Source of the DNA: Pirellula staleyi DSM 6068
Lineage (GTDB): Bacteria > Planctomycetota > Planctomycetia > Pirellulales > Pirellulaceae
Direction: 5' to 3'
DNA length: 32,000 nucleotides
Assembly: GCA_000025185.1 (NCBI GenBank)
Contig: CP001848.1
Coordinates: 4,590,001-4,622,000 of the forward strand
The notes below the pieces were generated by a model. It worked only from the letters and a program-made list of their open reading frames with translations. It had not been told where the DNA came from and did not search any database. Shown piece after piece: positions 9,430-18,588 of this stretch; position 1 is the stretch's first letter, and each line of letters begins with the position of its first letter. The translations under genes and the position numbers were made by a program.

Positions 9430-9717
9430 CAATCCACAATGCGCCTGGCTCGCCCGGGAGCGGGGGAGCCTGAGAGGTTTTTCGAACATTTCGCGTCGCA
9501 GGGGCAGTATATCAACAGCTGCGTGCAACTTCATGATGAAGTCCGCTGAAGATCGCTGATTGGACGAATTTTCCTCGCGCTGCGGGCGCTGCCGCGACCG
9601 GTGGAAGGGGAGCTCTCGCGGCGGTATACTCCCGCCACACCACGCAGCGACGCTTGCGCGGTTTTTCGTCCGATGATCCGCCGGCGTGCGCGATTGAATT
9701 TCTTCAGGAGGCTGTCT

Positions 9718-10335
9718 GTGTCCAGCATTGCAACCGAACATGTGCTCGTGGTTCCTCGAATCGTGTTCCAAGGACTCGGACACTTCCAAGGCTTCTCGGG
9801 CGAAGTCGATCGCTATCTCGAAGGTCTCCTCGATCCCGCTGTCACGAGCTACCGTCCGCGCAGTGCCATGGAGCAAGACCCCAGCTTCAAGCAGCTGATT
9901 CCTTACGTCATTTTCCGCTATCGCGATGTAGCTGGCAGCTGGCATTTGTTCCAGTACACGCGCGGTAAAGGGCAGGGGGAAAAACGGCTCCATGCCAAGC
10001 GAAGCATCGGCATCGGCGGGCATATCTCGTCGGACGATGCCAGCTGCAGCAATCCTTACGCCGAAGGGATGCGTCGCGAATTGGCCGAAGAAGTGAACAT
10101 CGATACCCCTTACACTGCATCACTTGTCGGACTGATTAACGACGACCAGTCCGAGGTCGGTAAAGTGCACCTCGGAGTCGTCCACTTCTTCGACGTCACT
10201 TCGCCGAGCGTTACGCCGCGTGAAGAGGATCTGCTCGATGCTGGTTTCCGGCCTCTTGCTGAAATCCAAGCGATGGCTGCGGAATACGAAACCTGGTCGC
10301 AGATTTGTCTTGAAGCGCTTTTTCCGAAGGGATAG
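9718..10335 (+). CDS. Nudix-like hydrolase/phosphoesterase-family protein
   Basis: The ORF track gives 9601..10335. The best start is GTG 9718, with AGGAGG at 9706-9711 (6-nt spacer). Nudix-box-like 'GGHISSDD...YAEGMRRELAEEVNI'. Conserved-looking 'FKQLIPYVIF' and 'VHLGVVHFFDV'. Confidence 0.65.
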   Translation: MSSIATEHVLVVPRIVFQGLGHFQGFSGEVDRYLEGLLDPAVTSYRPRSAMEQDPSFKQLIPYVIFRYRDVAGSWHLFQYTRGKGQGEKRLHAKRSIGIGGHISSDDASCSNPYAEGMRRELAEEVNIDTPYTASLVGLINDDQSEVGKVHLGVVHFFDVTSPSVTPREEDLLDAGFRPLAEIQAMAAEYETWSQICLEALFPKG

Positions 10336-10415
10336 TGCGCGGATATCAGCGGCAATAAACGCGCACCAGAACCCTCCATTTTTGAACGTCTCCACTTTCC
10401 CAGGAGCAACGACCG

Positions 10416-11330
10416 ATGACCGGACTGCCTTCTCATTACGGACTGACGCGCCGTAGCGCTATCACCGCCGCTGTCGCTGCGACAGCAGGTGCCATGTTCA
10501 CCGGCACTTCCACTGTGCAAGCTGATGAAATTGCTATCGATCCTCAGTGGAAAATCACCAAGGGAAACATCAACCAATCGGTTGTGCACTGGTGCTACGA
10601 TCCGATGACGGTAGAAGAACTGGCCATCGCCGCTGCTGCGATGGGCGTGAAGAGTGTCGAACTCGTCGATCCACAGTCGTGGCCGATTCTGAAGAAGCAT
10701 GGCCTCACCTGCGCCATCGCCAGCAGCCATGGATTTGTGCGAGGCTGGAACGACAAAGCGAATCACGACTTTTGCCGCGAAAAGATCAATGCATCACTCG
10801 CTGCAGCGGTCGATTTTGGTTGCCCCAGCGTGATCACCTTCTCGGGCATGCGCGGCAATCTGACCGACGAAGAAGGGAAGGCCAACATGGTCGAAGGGAT
10901 CAAAACGATCATCGGCCAGTTCGAGAAAAACAAAATCAATCTCTGCATCGAGCCGCTTAATACGCGCGTCGACATCGAGATGAAAGGGCACCCTGGCTAT
11001 CAGTGCGACACGGTGGAGTGGGCTGTCGATGTCATCAAAGCAGTCGGCTCACCCAACCTCAAGATTTTGTTCGATGTCTACCATACCCAGATCATGGAAG
11101 GGGACGTCATCACCCGGCTGAAGCTCTACAAAGATTTCATCGGGCACTATCACACGGCAGGTGTCCCTGGGCGTAACGAGCTCGACGACAACCAAGAGGT
11201 GAACTATCCCGCAATCATGAAGGCGATTGCCGAAACGGGATACAAGGGCTTTGTGGGTCAGGAATACATCCCGACCTGGAAAGACAAAGTCGCTTCGCTC
11301 CGTCACGGCGTGAAGCTGTGCGACGTTTGA
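10416..11330 (+). CDS. Tat-exported xylose-isomerase-like TIM-barrel protein (hydroxypyruvate isomerase family)
   Basis: 304-aa ORF with AGGAG 9 nt upstream. Twin-arginine signal 'LTRRSAITAAVAATAGAMF...VQA'. Family-like segments 'HWCYDPMTVEELA...VKSVELV', 'CIEPLNTRVD', 'FDVYHTQIMEGD', 'GHYHTAGVPGRNE'. Confidence 0.8.
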   Translation: MTGLPSHYGLTRRSAITAAVAATAGAMFTGTSTVQADEIAIDPQWKITKGNINQSVVHWCYDPMTVEELAIAAAAMGVKSVELVDPQSWPILKKHGLTCAIASSHGFVRGWNDKANHDFCREKINASLAAAVDFGCPSVITFSGMRGNLTDEEGKANMVEGIKTIIGQFEKNKINLCIEPLNTRVDIEMKGHPGYQCDTVEWAVDVIKAVGSPNLKILFDVYHTQIMEGDVITRLKLYKDFIGHYHTAGVPGRNELDDNQEVNYPAIMKAIAETGYKGFVGQEYIPTWKDKVASLRHGVKLCDV

Positions 11331-11382
11331 GCAAACAGGCTCACGATTATTAGCGTTTAGAAAGTCCGTTTGGCAGTTGCCA

Positions 11383-13962
11383 TTAATCGAGCGACTGCCA
11401 GCGGAGCCGTAAGCTGCTGAGAACCACCGAAACGCTGCTGAGACCCATTGCAGCAGCGGCGAAAGCAGGGGGGAGCGCGATTCCGAAGATCGGAATGAAA
11501 ACCCCAGCTGCCATTGGGACAAGAATCAGGTTGTACGAAAAAGCCCACAGCACATTTTCTTTAACAATGCGCCGAGCGAGTCGCGCCAGTTTAATCGCAC
11601 GGGCAACTTGCCCTAGCTCTCCTCGAAACAGCACCAAATCGGCCGACTGACGAGCGACATCCACCGCCGTGCTAACAGCAATGCCGAGATCGGCTGCTGC
11701 CAAAGCAGGAGCGTCGTTGATTCCATCCCCCACCATCGCCACCACTTCGCCGCGCGAACGTCGAGCGGCAATTTCCGCAAGCTTCTCTTCCGGACGAACA
11801 CCGCCGCGCACATCGTCGATCCCCACACGCGCCGCTAGTTCTTCAGCAGCCGACTGAGTATCGCCCGAGAGGAGCGCAACGCGAAGTCCACTCGCTTTCA
11901 GCGCCGCAATCGCTTCTTTGCATCCTGGCTGAAGCTGCTCAACCGCTTCGATCGATCCGAGATAGCGATTTCCAATCGCCACATGACAGCGCAGCTTGGC
12001 GGTGAAGCTGGTTGATTCCGAACTCTGCAAATTGTCGTCAACCACAGGTTCGACATCGATTCCATGCGCCGACAACAGAGAACGCTTACCGACGAGCACA
12101 CGCTCGCCACGAACCATGCCTTCCACACCTTCTCCAGCGACCGCGCGGACTTGCTGCGCGATATCGCAGGAAACTTTATCGGCAGTCGCTTTGGCAACAA
12201 TGGCTCGCGCGAGTGGATGACTGCTGAGCCGCTCGATGGCGGAAGCTACCGCCAGAAGTTCCGTCGTCGAGCTGCCCGGCGCAGCCTTGATCGCGCACAC
12301 TTCAGGAAGCGCGAGGCTGAGAGTCCCCGTCTTGTCGAAAACGACCGTGGTGATCTTTCCCGCTTGCTCGATGGCGGCGGCATTCTTCAGCAAAACACCT
12401 TCACGAGCTCCGCGCCCGGCAGCCACCATCATCGCCAGTGGGGCAGCAAGACCGAGTGCACAAGGGCAGGCAACCACCAGCACCGAAGTGGCGCGAATCA
12501 ACGAGTTTTGCCACGTACTGCCGGGAATAAAGAACCACACGATGAACGTGAGAAGTCCCGCGGCGAGTAGAGCCGGTGTGAACCACGCGACAACTTGATC
12601 AGCCAGACGCTGCAGCTTCGACTTCGAGAACTGCATCTCTTCGACCAATTGGGTGAGCTTCGCGACACGAGAGTCGCCACGAGCGCTACGAACTTCAGCC
12701 GTCAGTGATTGGTCGAGATTCACACTTCCGGCGAGCAGCAGATCGCCGGGTCGCTTCTCGACCGGCATCGACTCCCCCGTGAGCCACGCTTCACTTGTGC
12801 TGCTTTGTCCCTCGATGACGGTGGCATCGAGCGGCACGCTCGCGCCGGGCTGGATGACAATCGTCTCTCCCACCTGAACCTGCGAGGAAGGAACTTCCAC
12901 AAGCTGACCAGCACGAAGCACAAGCGTGACTTGCGGTAGCAGCGATGAAAGTCCTGTCACTGATTCCGAGGCCTGCTCGCGGAACTTCGCCTCTAAATAG
13001 CGACCGACCGTAACGAGCGCCAAGATTGTCGCCGCATCGCCGAGCCCCATCCCATGTCCATGCGCCAACGTCTCATAAAGTCCGAGCCCAAACGCGGCTG
13101 TTCCACCGAGGACAATATGGGTATCCATGTTGAGCGAACGGGCGGCAAGACTTCTCCAAGCACTTTGGTAGAACGGCCAACCGATCACCACCTGCAAGAG
13201 GCTCGCCAGCAGCACTAAAATTGCGGTAATTGCAGTTGCTGCAGTGGGAGCGACACTTGGCGAGAACCAACTTCGCGCTATCGATTGGCCGTAGTTTTCG
13301 AGCACCAGAACCGCTGCGGTCAAAACAATCGAAATGATCATTTGCCGGCGCCATTGAAGGGTTTCCTCATGAGCGCGCGATTGACCGGTCGCTGCGTGGT
13401 TAGAAGTTTCGTCGACAATCGAAGCCTGGTAGCCAGCGGCAGTGACAGCCGCTGTGAGTGTTTCGCCAAGCAGGGGGCGGTGACTTGTGATCCGTGCTTG
13501 ATTCGAAGCGAAGTCGACTTCGACTTTCTCAACACCCGGCACACGGGCGAGCGACTGCTCGACACGTGCGACGCAACTGCTGCAGTGCATACCAGAAACC
13601 GAGAGCCGAACGGAAGTCTCGCCAGATGCTGGACGTTCCTCGACTGGAGTTGTCTGGAGAGTAGGTGTCGGTGGATTTGAGGGGGCAAGACCTAGCTGTA
13701 ACAGTTGCGGCTGTTGCGCTGGAGCAGATTTTTGAGAGGTCGACAACTGGGGGGCATCGAGCATCGCGAAGCCTGCTTGCTCAATTGCGCTACGAAGTTG
13801 TTCACGGGGCGGAGCATCTCCTCGAGTGTCGAGTCGGACCGTTCCGGTCTCCAGTTCCACGTCGACATGCTCAACTCCTGGCAACACGGAGAGCGCAGCG
13901 GTCACTTGCTTTACGCAATGGCCACATGTCAGCCCATCGACGCCAAACGTAAGATTCGCCAT
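11383..13962 (-). CDS. copA: Cu(I)/Ag(I)-translocating P1B-type ATPase with two N-terminal HMA domains
   Basis: The ORF track gives 11383..14145. I place the start at ATG 13962 (MANLTFGVDGLTCGHCV). Two metal-binding motifs (GLTCGHCV, GMHCSSCV), TM CPC motif 'VVACPCALGLA', phosphorylation site 'FDKTGTL', hinge 'GDGINDAPAL', and 'YN' and 'MGLSS' in the last TM helices as in Cu(I) exporters. Confidence 0.9.
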   Translation of the reverse strand: MANLTFGVDGLTCGHCVKQVTAALSVLPGVEHVDVELETGTVRLDTRGDAPPREQLRSAIEQAGFAMLDAPQLSTSQKSAPAQQPQLLQLGLAPSNPPTPTLQTTPVEERPASGETSVRLSVSGMHCSSCVARVEQSLARVPGVEKVEVDFASNQARITSHRPLLGETLTAAVTAAGYQASIVDETSNHAATGQSRAHEETLQWRRQMIISIVLTAAVLVLENYGQSIARSWFSPSVAPTAATAITAILVLLASLLQVVIGWPFYQSAWRSLAARSLNMDTHIVLGGTAAFGLGLYETLAHGHGMGLGDAATILALVTVGRYLEAKFREQASESVTGLSSLLPQVTLVLRAGQLVEVPSSQVQVGETIVIQPGASVPLDATVIEGQSSTSEAWLTGESMPVEKRPGDLLLAGSVNLDQSLTAEVRSARGDSRVAKLTQLVEEMQFSKSKLQRLADQVVAWFTPALLAAGLLTFIVWFFIPGSTWQNSLIRATSVLVVACPCALGLAAPLAMMVAAGRGAREGVLLKNAAAIEQAGKITTVVFDKTGTLSLALPEVCAIKAAPGSSTTELLAVASAIERLSSHPLARAIVAKATADKVSCDIAQQVRAVAGEGVEGMVRGERVLVGKRSLLSAHGIDVEPVVDDNLQSSESTSFTAKLRCHVAIGNRYLGSIEAVEQLQPGCKEAIAALKASGLRVALLSGDTQSAAEELAARVGIDDVRGGVRPEEKLAEIAARRSRGEVVAMVGDGINDAPALAAADLGIAVSTAVDVARQSADLVLFRGELGQVARAIKLARLARRIVKENVLWAFSYNLILVPMAAGVFIPIFGIALPPAFAAAAMGLSSVSVVLSSLRLRWQSLD

Positions 13963-13971
13963 AGTGTTTTC

Positions 13972-13999
13972 ATTATACGGTAGTCGGGCAACCTGTCGG
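13972..13999 (-). promoter_or_regulatory. Sigma70-like promoter candidate for the ATPase gene (very short or no leader)
   Basis: On the minus strand: CCGACA (13999-13994), 16-nt spacer, perfect TATAAT (13977-13972). Only 9 nt separate the -10 from the ATG at 13962, and there is no SD. Confidence 0.3.
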
Positions 14000-14028
14000 C
14001 TGGGCGATTTTGACGAAGGATACAGCGA

Positions 14029-15276
14029 ATGCGGGCGGAAGTGATCTCGATCGGCGACGAAATGACCAGCGGGCAGCGACTCGACACCAACAGCCAATGG
14101 CTGAGCGAGCGGCTCGGTGAACTGGGTATTCCAGTCGCCTTTCATACGACAGTTGCCGACAACTTGGCCGACAACATTCAGGTGTTTCGTATCGCCTCCG
14201 AGCGTGCCGATATCGTGATTAGCTCCGGTGGACTGGGACCAACAGCCGACGACTTAACGCGGCAAGCGATCGCTGCAATGGCTGGTGTGGAACTCGTCGA
14301 GTTTCCGGAAGCCCTGGCCCATATCGAGGGGATGTTTGCCCGGCGCAAACGCGCGATGCCCCCCTCGAATCGCGTTCAGGCACTCTTCCCACTCGGCAGC
14401 CGCATGATCCACAATCCCCATGGCTCTGCCCCCGGGATCGACTTTGCTCTTCCTCGTGACGAGCGCGAGCCAGCTCGGATCTTCGCGCTACCCGGTGTGC
14501 CTGCCGAAATGAAGGAGATGTGGGAAGGGACCGTACGCAGTGAACTTCAAAAGCTCACTGGCGGCGGGAAAGTGATTTGTCACTATCGCGTGAAATGCTT
14601 TGGCGTCGGGGAGAGCGATCTCGAGCAGATGTTGCCCGACATTATCCGTCGGGGTCGTGTCCCCAGTGTCGGCATCACTGTCAGCAAAGCAACAATCACG
14701 TTGCGCATCACAGCCGAAGGTCCTGATGAACAAACGTCGCGCGACTCGATGCGTCCCACCATCGATACGATTCACACCTGCCTCGGCACTTTGGTCTATG
14801 GCTACGAGGATGATGAACTCCAGCATGTGCTCGTGCGCGAACTCACTTCACGGTCGAAGCAACTTGGACTCATTGAGATCGGCACCGGGGGACTCATCAC
14901 CAGTTTGATCAACGATGTTCCTGGTGGTCGAGATGTCTTGCGGTCGAGTGTCATCGCCTCATCGACAAAAGATCTTCTGCCGCTGATCCCGAAGCATTAT
15001 TCGCAGTTCGACTTCGACAGCAGTCACGGACTCGAACAAGCAGCCGAGATGTTCCGCGAGCAAATGCAGGCCGACTACGTATTGCTTGTCGGACCGTTTC
15101 CGCCAAGCTACACCCCGACACAGGCACCAGGACAACTCGATATGGTGCTTGCCTATCGCGATGGAGTTCTCGTGAAATCGGTGCCGCATTCGGGACATCC
15201 CGATATTCTTCGTCCACGTTCTGCTAAGCAAGCGATGAACATGCTGCGGCTGCATCTGCTGGAAACCACGCACTAG
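14029..15276 (+). CDS. cinA: CinA-family protein (MoCF-type N-terminal domain plus divergent CinA C-terminal domain)
   Basis: 415-aa ORF with AAGGA 8 nt upstream. N-terminus 'MRAEVISIGDEMTSGQRLDTNSQWLSERLGELG...ISSGGLGPTADDLT...LPGVPAEMKEM' is classic CinA. The C-terminal domain carries 'EIGTGG' where the family normally has 'ESCTGG'. Confidence 0.85.
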   Translation: MRAEVISIGDEMTSGQRLDTNSQWLSERLGELGIPVAFHTTVADNLADNIQVFRIASERADIVISSGGLGPTADDLTRQAIAAMAGVELVEFPEALAHIEGMFARRKRAMPPSNRVQALFPLGSRMIHNPHGSAPGIDFALPRDEREPARIFALPGVPAEMKEMWEGTVRSELQKLTGGGKVICHYRVKCFGVGESDLEQMLPDIIRRGRVPSVGITVSKATITLRITAEGPDEQTSRDSMRPTIDTIHTCLGTLVYGYEDDELQHVLVRELTSRSKQLGLIEIGTGGLITSLINDVPGGRDVLRSSVIASSTKDLLPLIPKHYSQFDFDSSHGLEQAAEMFREQMQADYVLLVGPFPPSYTPTQAPGQLDMVLAYRDGVLVKSVPHSGHPDILRPRSAKQAMNMLRLHLLETTH

Positions 15277-15296
15277 CAAATCCGGTATCAACGAAA

Positions 15297-15326
15297 AGAG
15301 CCACGGCGATATCACGCTGTGGCTCT
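15297..15326 (-). terminator. Rho-independent terminator candidate for the WD40 gene
   Basis: Stem agagccac (15297-15304) / gtggctct (15319-15326), extendable by 3 inner GC pairs. On the minus strand the hairpin is followed directly by TTTCGTT. It lies in the 90-nt gap between convergent cinA and the WD40 gene. Confidence 0.6.
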
Positions 15327-15341
15327 GGATCGGTTGATCGT

Positions 15342-15361
15342 GAGACGGAGATGCTTCCGTC
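15342..15361 (-). terminator. Second small hairpin immediately after the WD40 gene stop
   Basis: 7-bp stem agacgga / tccgtct with a 6-nt loop, 6 nt downstream of the stop at 15367. No U-tract. Confidence 0.3.
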
Positions 15362-15366
15362 TGGTG

Positions 15367-18300
15367 CTACTTCATTTCGACCACTGGTTGCTCGGGAGCA
15401 AACGTGGCCAGTGGTTGTCCTTGGTCGTTCCAGATTCGCAGCACACTATCGGCGCCGCCAGCCAAAATTACTTTGCCATCGGCACTTTGAGCGGCGGTGT
15501 AGATATAGTCCGTAGCTCCGCTGAAATCACGCATGTTGCTTCCATTGGCAGCATTAGTGAGTCGCACACGTTGATCGCCACTGCTGACGAGCACCGCGTC
15601 TCCTTCTCCAGCGAAGTGGACGCTTGTCACTTCTTTGCCGAAGCCTTGAATCGTCCGGACCTGATCACCGGTTCGTGTGTCCCACACCTTCACCACGTTA
15701 TCAGCGCCGCTGCTGACGAGCATCCGTCCATCGGCTCGCCATGTAACACCAAGCACATGATGCGTATGTCCCTCGAACGAACGGACAAATTTACCACCGT
15801 TGACCTCAAACACTTTGACGAACCGATCTGCACCACAGCTGGCAACGTGCTGACCATCGGGTGAGAACTCGATGGAGTAAATCGTATCGCTATGAGCATC
15901 CTTAAGTGTCAGCACGAGATCGCCGGTATCAGCATTCCAGATTTTCAATTCGCCACTTCGTGATGGCTCGCCACCACCGGTTGCGATGAGTTTCCCATCG
16001 GGGCTAAATGCCACTGCGATTACGCGATCCACTAGCTTCTCGGGCGAGTCGGGCGAACCGATCATCCGTTCGAGTTTCCAGTCGACACCGATCTCATGGA
16101 TCATCGCCGTCGGCTGTTTGGCAACGCTCACGAGAAGTCCCGTGTCGCTGAAAGCCACCGCCGCAATAGGGCTGGCATGACCTTCAATCACTTCACCAGC
16201 ACCAGCCGTTTCACCATTCCACAGGTGGAGTAGGTTGTCGTCGCCACCGGTCACAATCCAGTTGCCATCGGCAGAGAAGGCGACACAACGCATCGGTTTA
16301 TCGGCTTCGGTCGCTTGCTTCTGAGTTGCCTCGAGTTGCTGCTGCATTTCGGTGGCGGTTTTTTCGGTGGCAGCGACGATTGCTTCCATGGGAGGAATCG
16401 CTTCGATTGCCTTCTTCACAGAGTCTGCTGCCCGCTCAACACTTCGCTTAGCAGCCTCGAGCGTTCGCTCGGCGGCTACCTTTTCGTCGAATGCCTTCTG
16501 AAATACAGGCATCACTTGCTTGAGCTTCTGATCCGCCTGATTAAAGGCATTCTGAGCATCGCTAGCAGCCTTATCCGCTACTTGCTTGGCTTCATCGGCG
16601 GCCTTTTTTGCAGCTTCAGAGTCCATCACCAGTTTGTCAGCAACAGCCTTGGCATCGGCAGCTACTTTACTAGCTTCTTCGGCGGTCTTGAGTTCGGTTT
16701 CGGCTGTGGCTACTGCATTCTTCAGATCAGCATTTTCTGGATCTTTGCCGAGTGAATCTTTGGCTGCGTTGAGCTTATCGGTTGCTGTTTTGAGAGCAGC
16801 GGTGGTGTCGTTTGCAGCCTTGTTTTTGACATCGCGATCAGCAATAGCAGCGGTGAGAGTGTCGGCTGCTTTCTTCTGATTGTCTGTGGCAGTAACCTTG
16901 TCCGCATCGGCTTTAGTTTTAGCGGCTGTGGTGTCGGCGACTGCTTTTTCAGCTTGTTCTTTTTCTGTAGTCGGAGCTTTGAGCGCTTCGTCTTTCGTTT
17001 TGAACTCTCCTTCGGATTTCGTGAGAGCCTCTTTCGACTTCTTATCGTTCTCTTCTTCTGCGGTCTTTCGTTTACCAGCTTCGGTAACATCGTTCTTGGC
17101 GTGCTCTACCATGCGTTTAGCGAGGGCAAGCTGACGCGACACTTCGCCTGTCTTGATCGTTGCACGAATGTCGCCACGGAACTCGGCGATCATTTGATTG
17201 TTCTCGGCGTTCCACAGCTTGCCGACATTGTTTGCACCCACCGAGACAAAGCGTTTCAGATCGGGGCGAAAGGCAACAGCTTCGACGGGTCCACCGTGAC
17301 TTAGATTCTGTGTAACGTTGCCCCCCTCGAGATTCACTACTCGCGCACTGCCATCGCGAGATCCGGTGAGGACTTGGTTTTTCGAGAGCACGGCAATCGA
17401 AGTAATCGCGCCGCCGTGTCCACCAATTTCTTTCGTAGGCTTGGGGGATTCTCCTTCGATCTTTGCGGTCGGAAGATCCCACAGGCGAAGCGTGTTGTCT
17501 TCACTACCTACAACGATCGACTTGTCCTCAAGCACCACACCGATCGAAAAGATCGGAGAAGGGGTCTCGATCGCAGCGATAAGAGAGCCGTCGGCTAGAT
17601 TCCACGTATGGAGTTTTTTGTCGGCAGCTCCCGAGACGAGCTTGGTGGCGTCGGACGAGAATGCCACGGCGGTGACGGGACCCGCATGGCCCTCGAGTGT
17701 CTTGATCGGCTGACCTGTCGCAAGATCAATCACCTTGATCTTGCCACCTTCTTCACCCACAGCAGCCAGTTTGCGATCGGACGAAATCGCCATCGAGCGT
17801 GCAGCCGACTCGAGACCAGCAATGTCGAGCTTCTTCGTGATGCCTGGCTTCTGCCAGATCTTTACGGTACGAAAACCACCGGAAGCGAGGCGACGACCAT
17901 CGGGACTGAAAGTAAGAGACTGAACAAGATCGAGATCAGCCACGCCAGGCTGCGTGTAGATGCCACGTTCGAGGAGTGCGGGATCGGTGAGTCGGCTTAA
18001 TTCGCGTCGACCAGGAACATGGTAGATCGAGACCTGATTCGCGCGGGCAGCAGCGCCGTACATGCCATCGCGAGTAACAGCGACCGCGTAGATCGGATTA
18101 ATACCAGCCGGAAGTGGCTGCCATGCTATGGGACCTTGCGAAGCCGAGAGGACTTCACCCTTCGCCCCTTGATCGATCCAGAGCTTAATCAAACCGAGTT
18201 CGTCGGACGAAAGTGGTCGTGCCTTCACATCGTTGTCCGCCGGCGGCATCACGGGTTCTTGCTGATGTGCCGACAACTTAAGGAGCAAGCTGCCTGCAGA

Positions 18301-18588
18301 GTTACCAGCAACTACCGAAGGTCCTTCACTCCCACCCTTAATGATCGCAGCGGGATTCTCGAGCACCAAATCGCTTTCCGCTTCAGTCGCGCTATGACAA
18401 GCGAGGCAGTTACGGCGAAAGATCGGCAGGATTTCGCGTTCGAAGTCGACCGGACCTTCGTGCTTCACATCGGCGATGGCAATCGGTGCGGCTTGCAAAC
18501 TCGCGGCACCTGCAGCGAGCGACATAGCTGACGCAACAAAAGCAAGTGTGCGATGGGCAAACAGGCGGGGAAGGATTTTCGAGAGCAT
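15367..18588 (-). CDS. Exported PSCyt1 (planctomycete cytochrome c-like) protein with two seven-bladed WD40 propellers separated by a long helical segment
   Basis: The ORF track gives 15367..18672. Start at ATG 18588 gives the signal peptide 'MLSKILPRLFAHRTLAFVASAMSLAAGAASLQA'. PSCyt1-like 'FEREILPIFRRNCLACHS...LSSDELGLIKLWIDQGA'. I count 7 + 7 WD40-like blades by eye (e.g. 'SLTFSPDGRRLASGG..VKIWQ', 'SIEFSPDGQHVASCGADRFVKVFEV'). Confidence 0.85.
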   Translation of the reverse strand: MLSKILPRLFAHRTLAFVASAMSLAAGAASLQAAPIAIADVKHEGPVDFEREILPIFRRNCLACHSATEAESDLVLENPAAIIKGGSEGPSVVAGNSAGSLLLKLSAHQQEPVMPPADNDVKARPLSSDELGLIKLWIDQGAKGEVLSASQGPIAWQPLPAGINPIYAVAVTRDGMYGAAARANQVSIYHVPGRRELSRLTDPALLERGIYTQPGVADLDLVQSLTFSPDGRRLASGGFRTVKIWQKPGITKKLDIAGLESAARSMAISSDRKLAAVGEEGGKIKVIDLATGQPIKTLEGHAGPVTAVAFSSDATKLVSGAADKKLHTWNLADGSLIAAIETPSPIFSIGVVLEDKSIVVGSEDNTLRLWDLPTAKIEGESPKPTKEIGGHGGAITSIAVLSKNQVLTGSRDGSARVVNLEGGNVTQNLSHGGPVEAVAFRPDLKRFVSVGANNVGKLWNAENNQMIAEFRGDIRATIKTGEVSRQLALAKRMVEHAKNDVTEAGKRKTAEEENDKKSKEALTKSEGEFKTKDEALKAPTTEKEQAEKAVADTTAAKTKADADKVTATDNQKKAADTLTAAIADRDVKNKAANDTTAALKTATDKLNAAKDSLGKDPENADLKNAVATAETELKTAEEASKVAADAKAVADKLVMDSEAAKKAADEAKQVADKAASDAQNAFNQADQKLKQVMPVFQKAFDEKVAAERTLEAAKRSVERAADSVKKAIEAIPPMEAIVAATEKTATEMQQQLEATQKQATEADKPMRCVAFSADGNWIVTGGDDNLLHLWNGETAGAGEVIEGHASPIAAVAFSDTGLLVSVAKQPTAMIHEIGVDWKLERMIGSPDSPEKLVDRVIAVAFSPDGKLIATGGGEPSRSGELKIWNADTGDLVLTLKDAHSDTIYSIEFSPDGQHVASCGADRFVKVFEVNGGKFVRSFEGHTHHVLGVTWRADGRMLVSSGADNVVKVWDTRTGDQVRTIQGFGKEVTSVHFAGEGDAVLVSSGDQRVRLTNAANGSNMRDFSGATDYIYTAAQSADGKVILAGGADSVLRIWNDQGQPLATFAPEQPVVEMK
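16300..17145 (-). other. About 280-aa Ala/Lys/Thr/Asp/Glu-rich predicted helical (coiled-coil-like) segment between the two propellers
   Basis: Translation from 'GEVSRQLALAKRMVEHAKNDVTEAGKRK...' to '...QQQLEATQKQATEADKP'. Almost no Gly or Pro, except 'SLGKDPENADL' (GKDPEN = nt 16732-16749) near the midpoint and 'IPPM' near the end. Confidence 0.6.

Noticed and set aside
9430-10023. 198-codon upstream extension of the cytochrome ORF (track start 10023)
   Set aside because: The extension has no signal or TM feature and overlaps the opposite-strand Nudix-like gene, which has an AGGAGG-GTG start. The internal ATG 9429 begins a basic segment followed by a TM anchor.
10110-10766. 218-aa minus-strand ORF bridging the Nudix-like and TIM-barrel genes (also 11049..11522)
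   Set aside because: It overlaps two well-supported plus-strand genes and has no motifs. It is a likely spurious antisense ORF.
13963-14145. 61-codon upstream extension of the ATPase ORF overlapping the cinA start
   Set aside because: The HMA domain begins immediately at MANLTFGVDGLTCGHCV. The extension would overlap cinA and its SD on the other strand.
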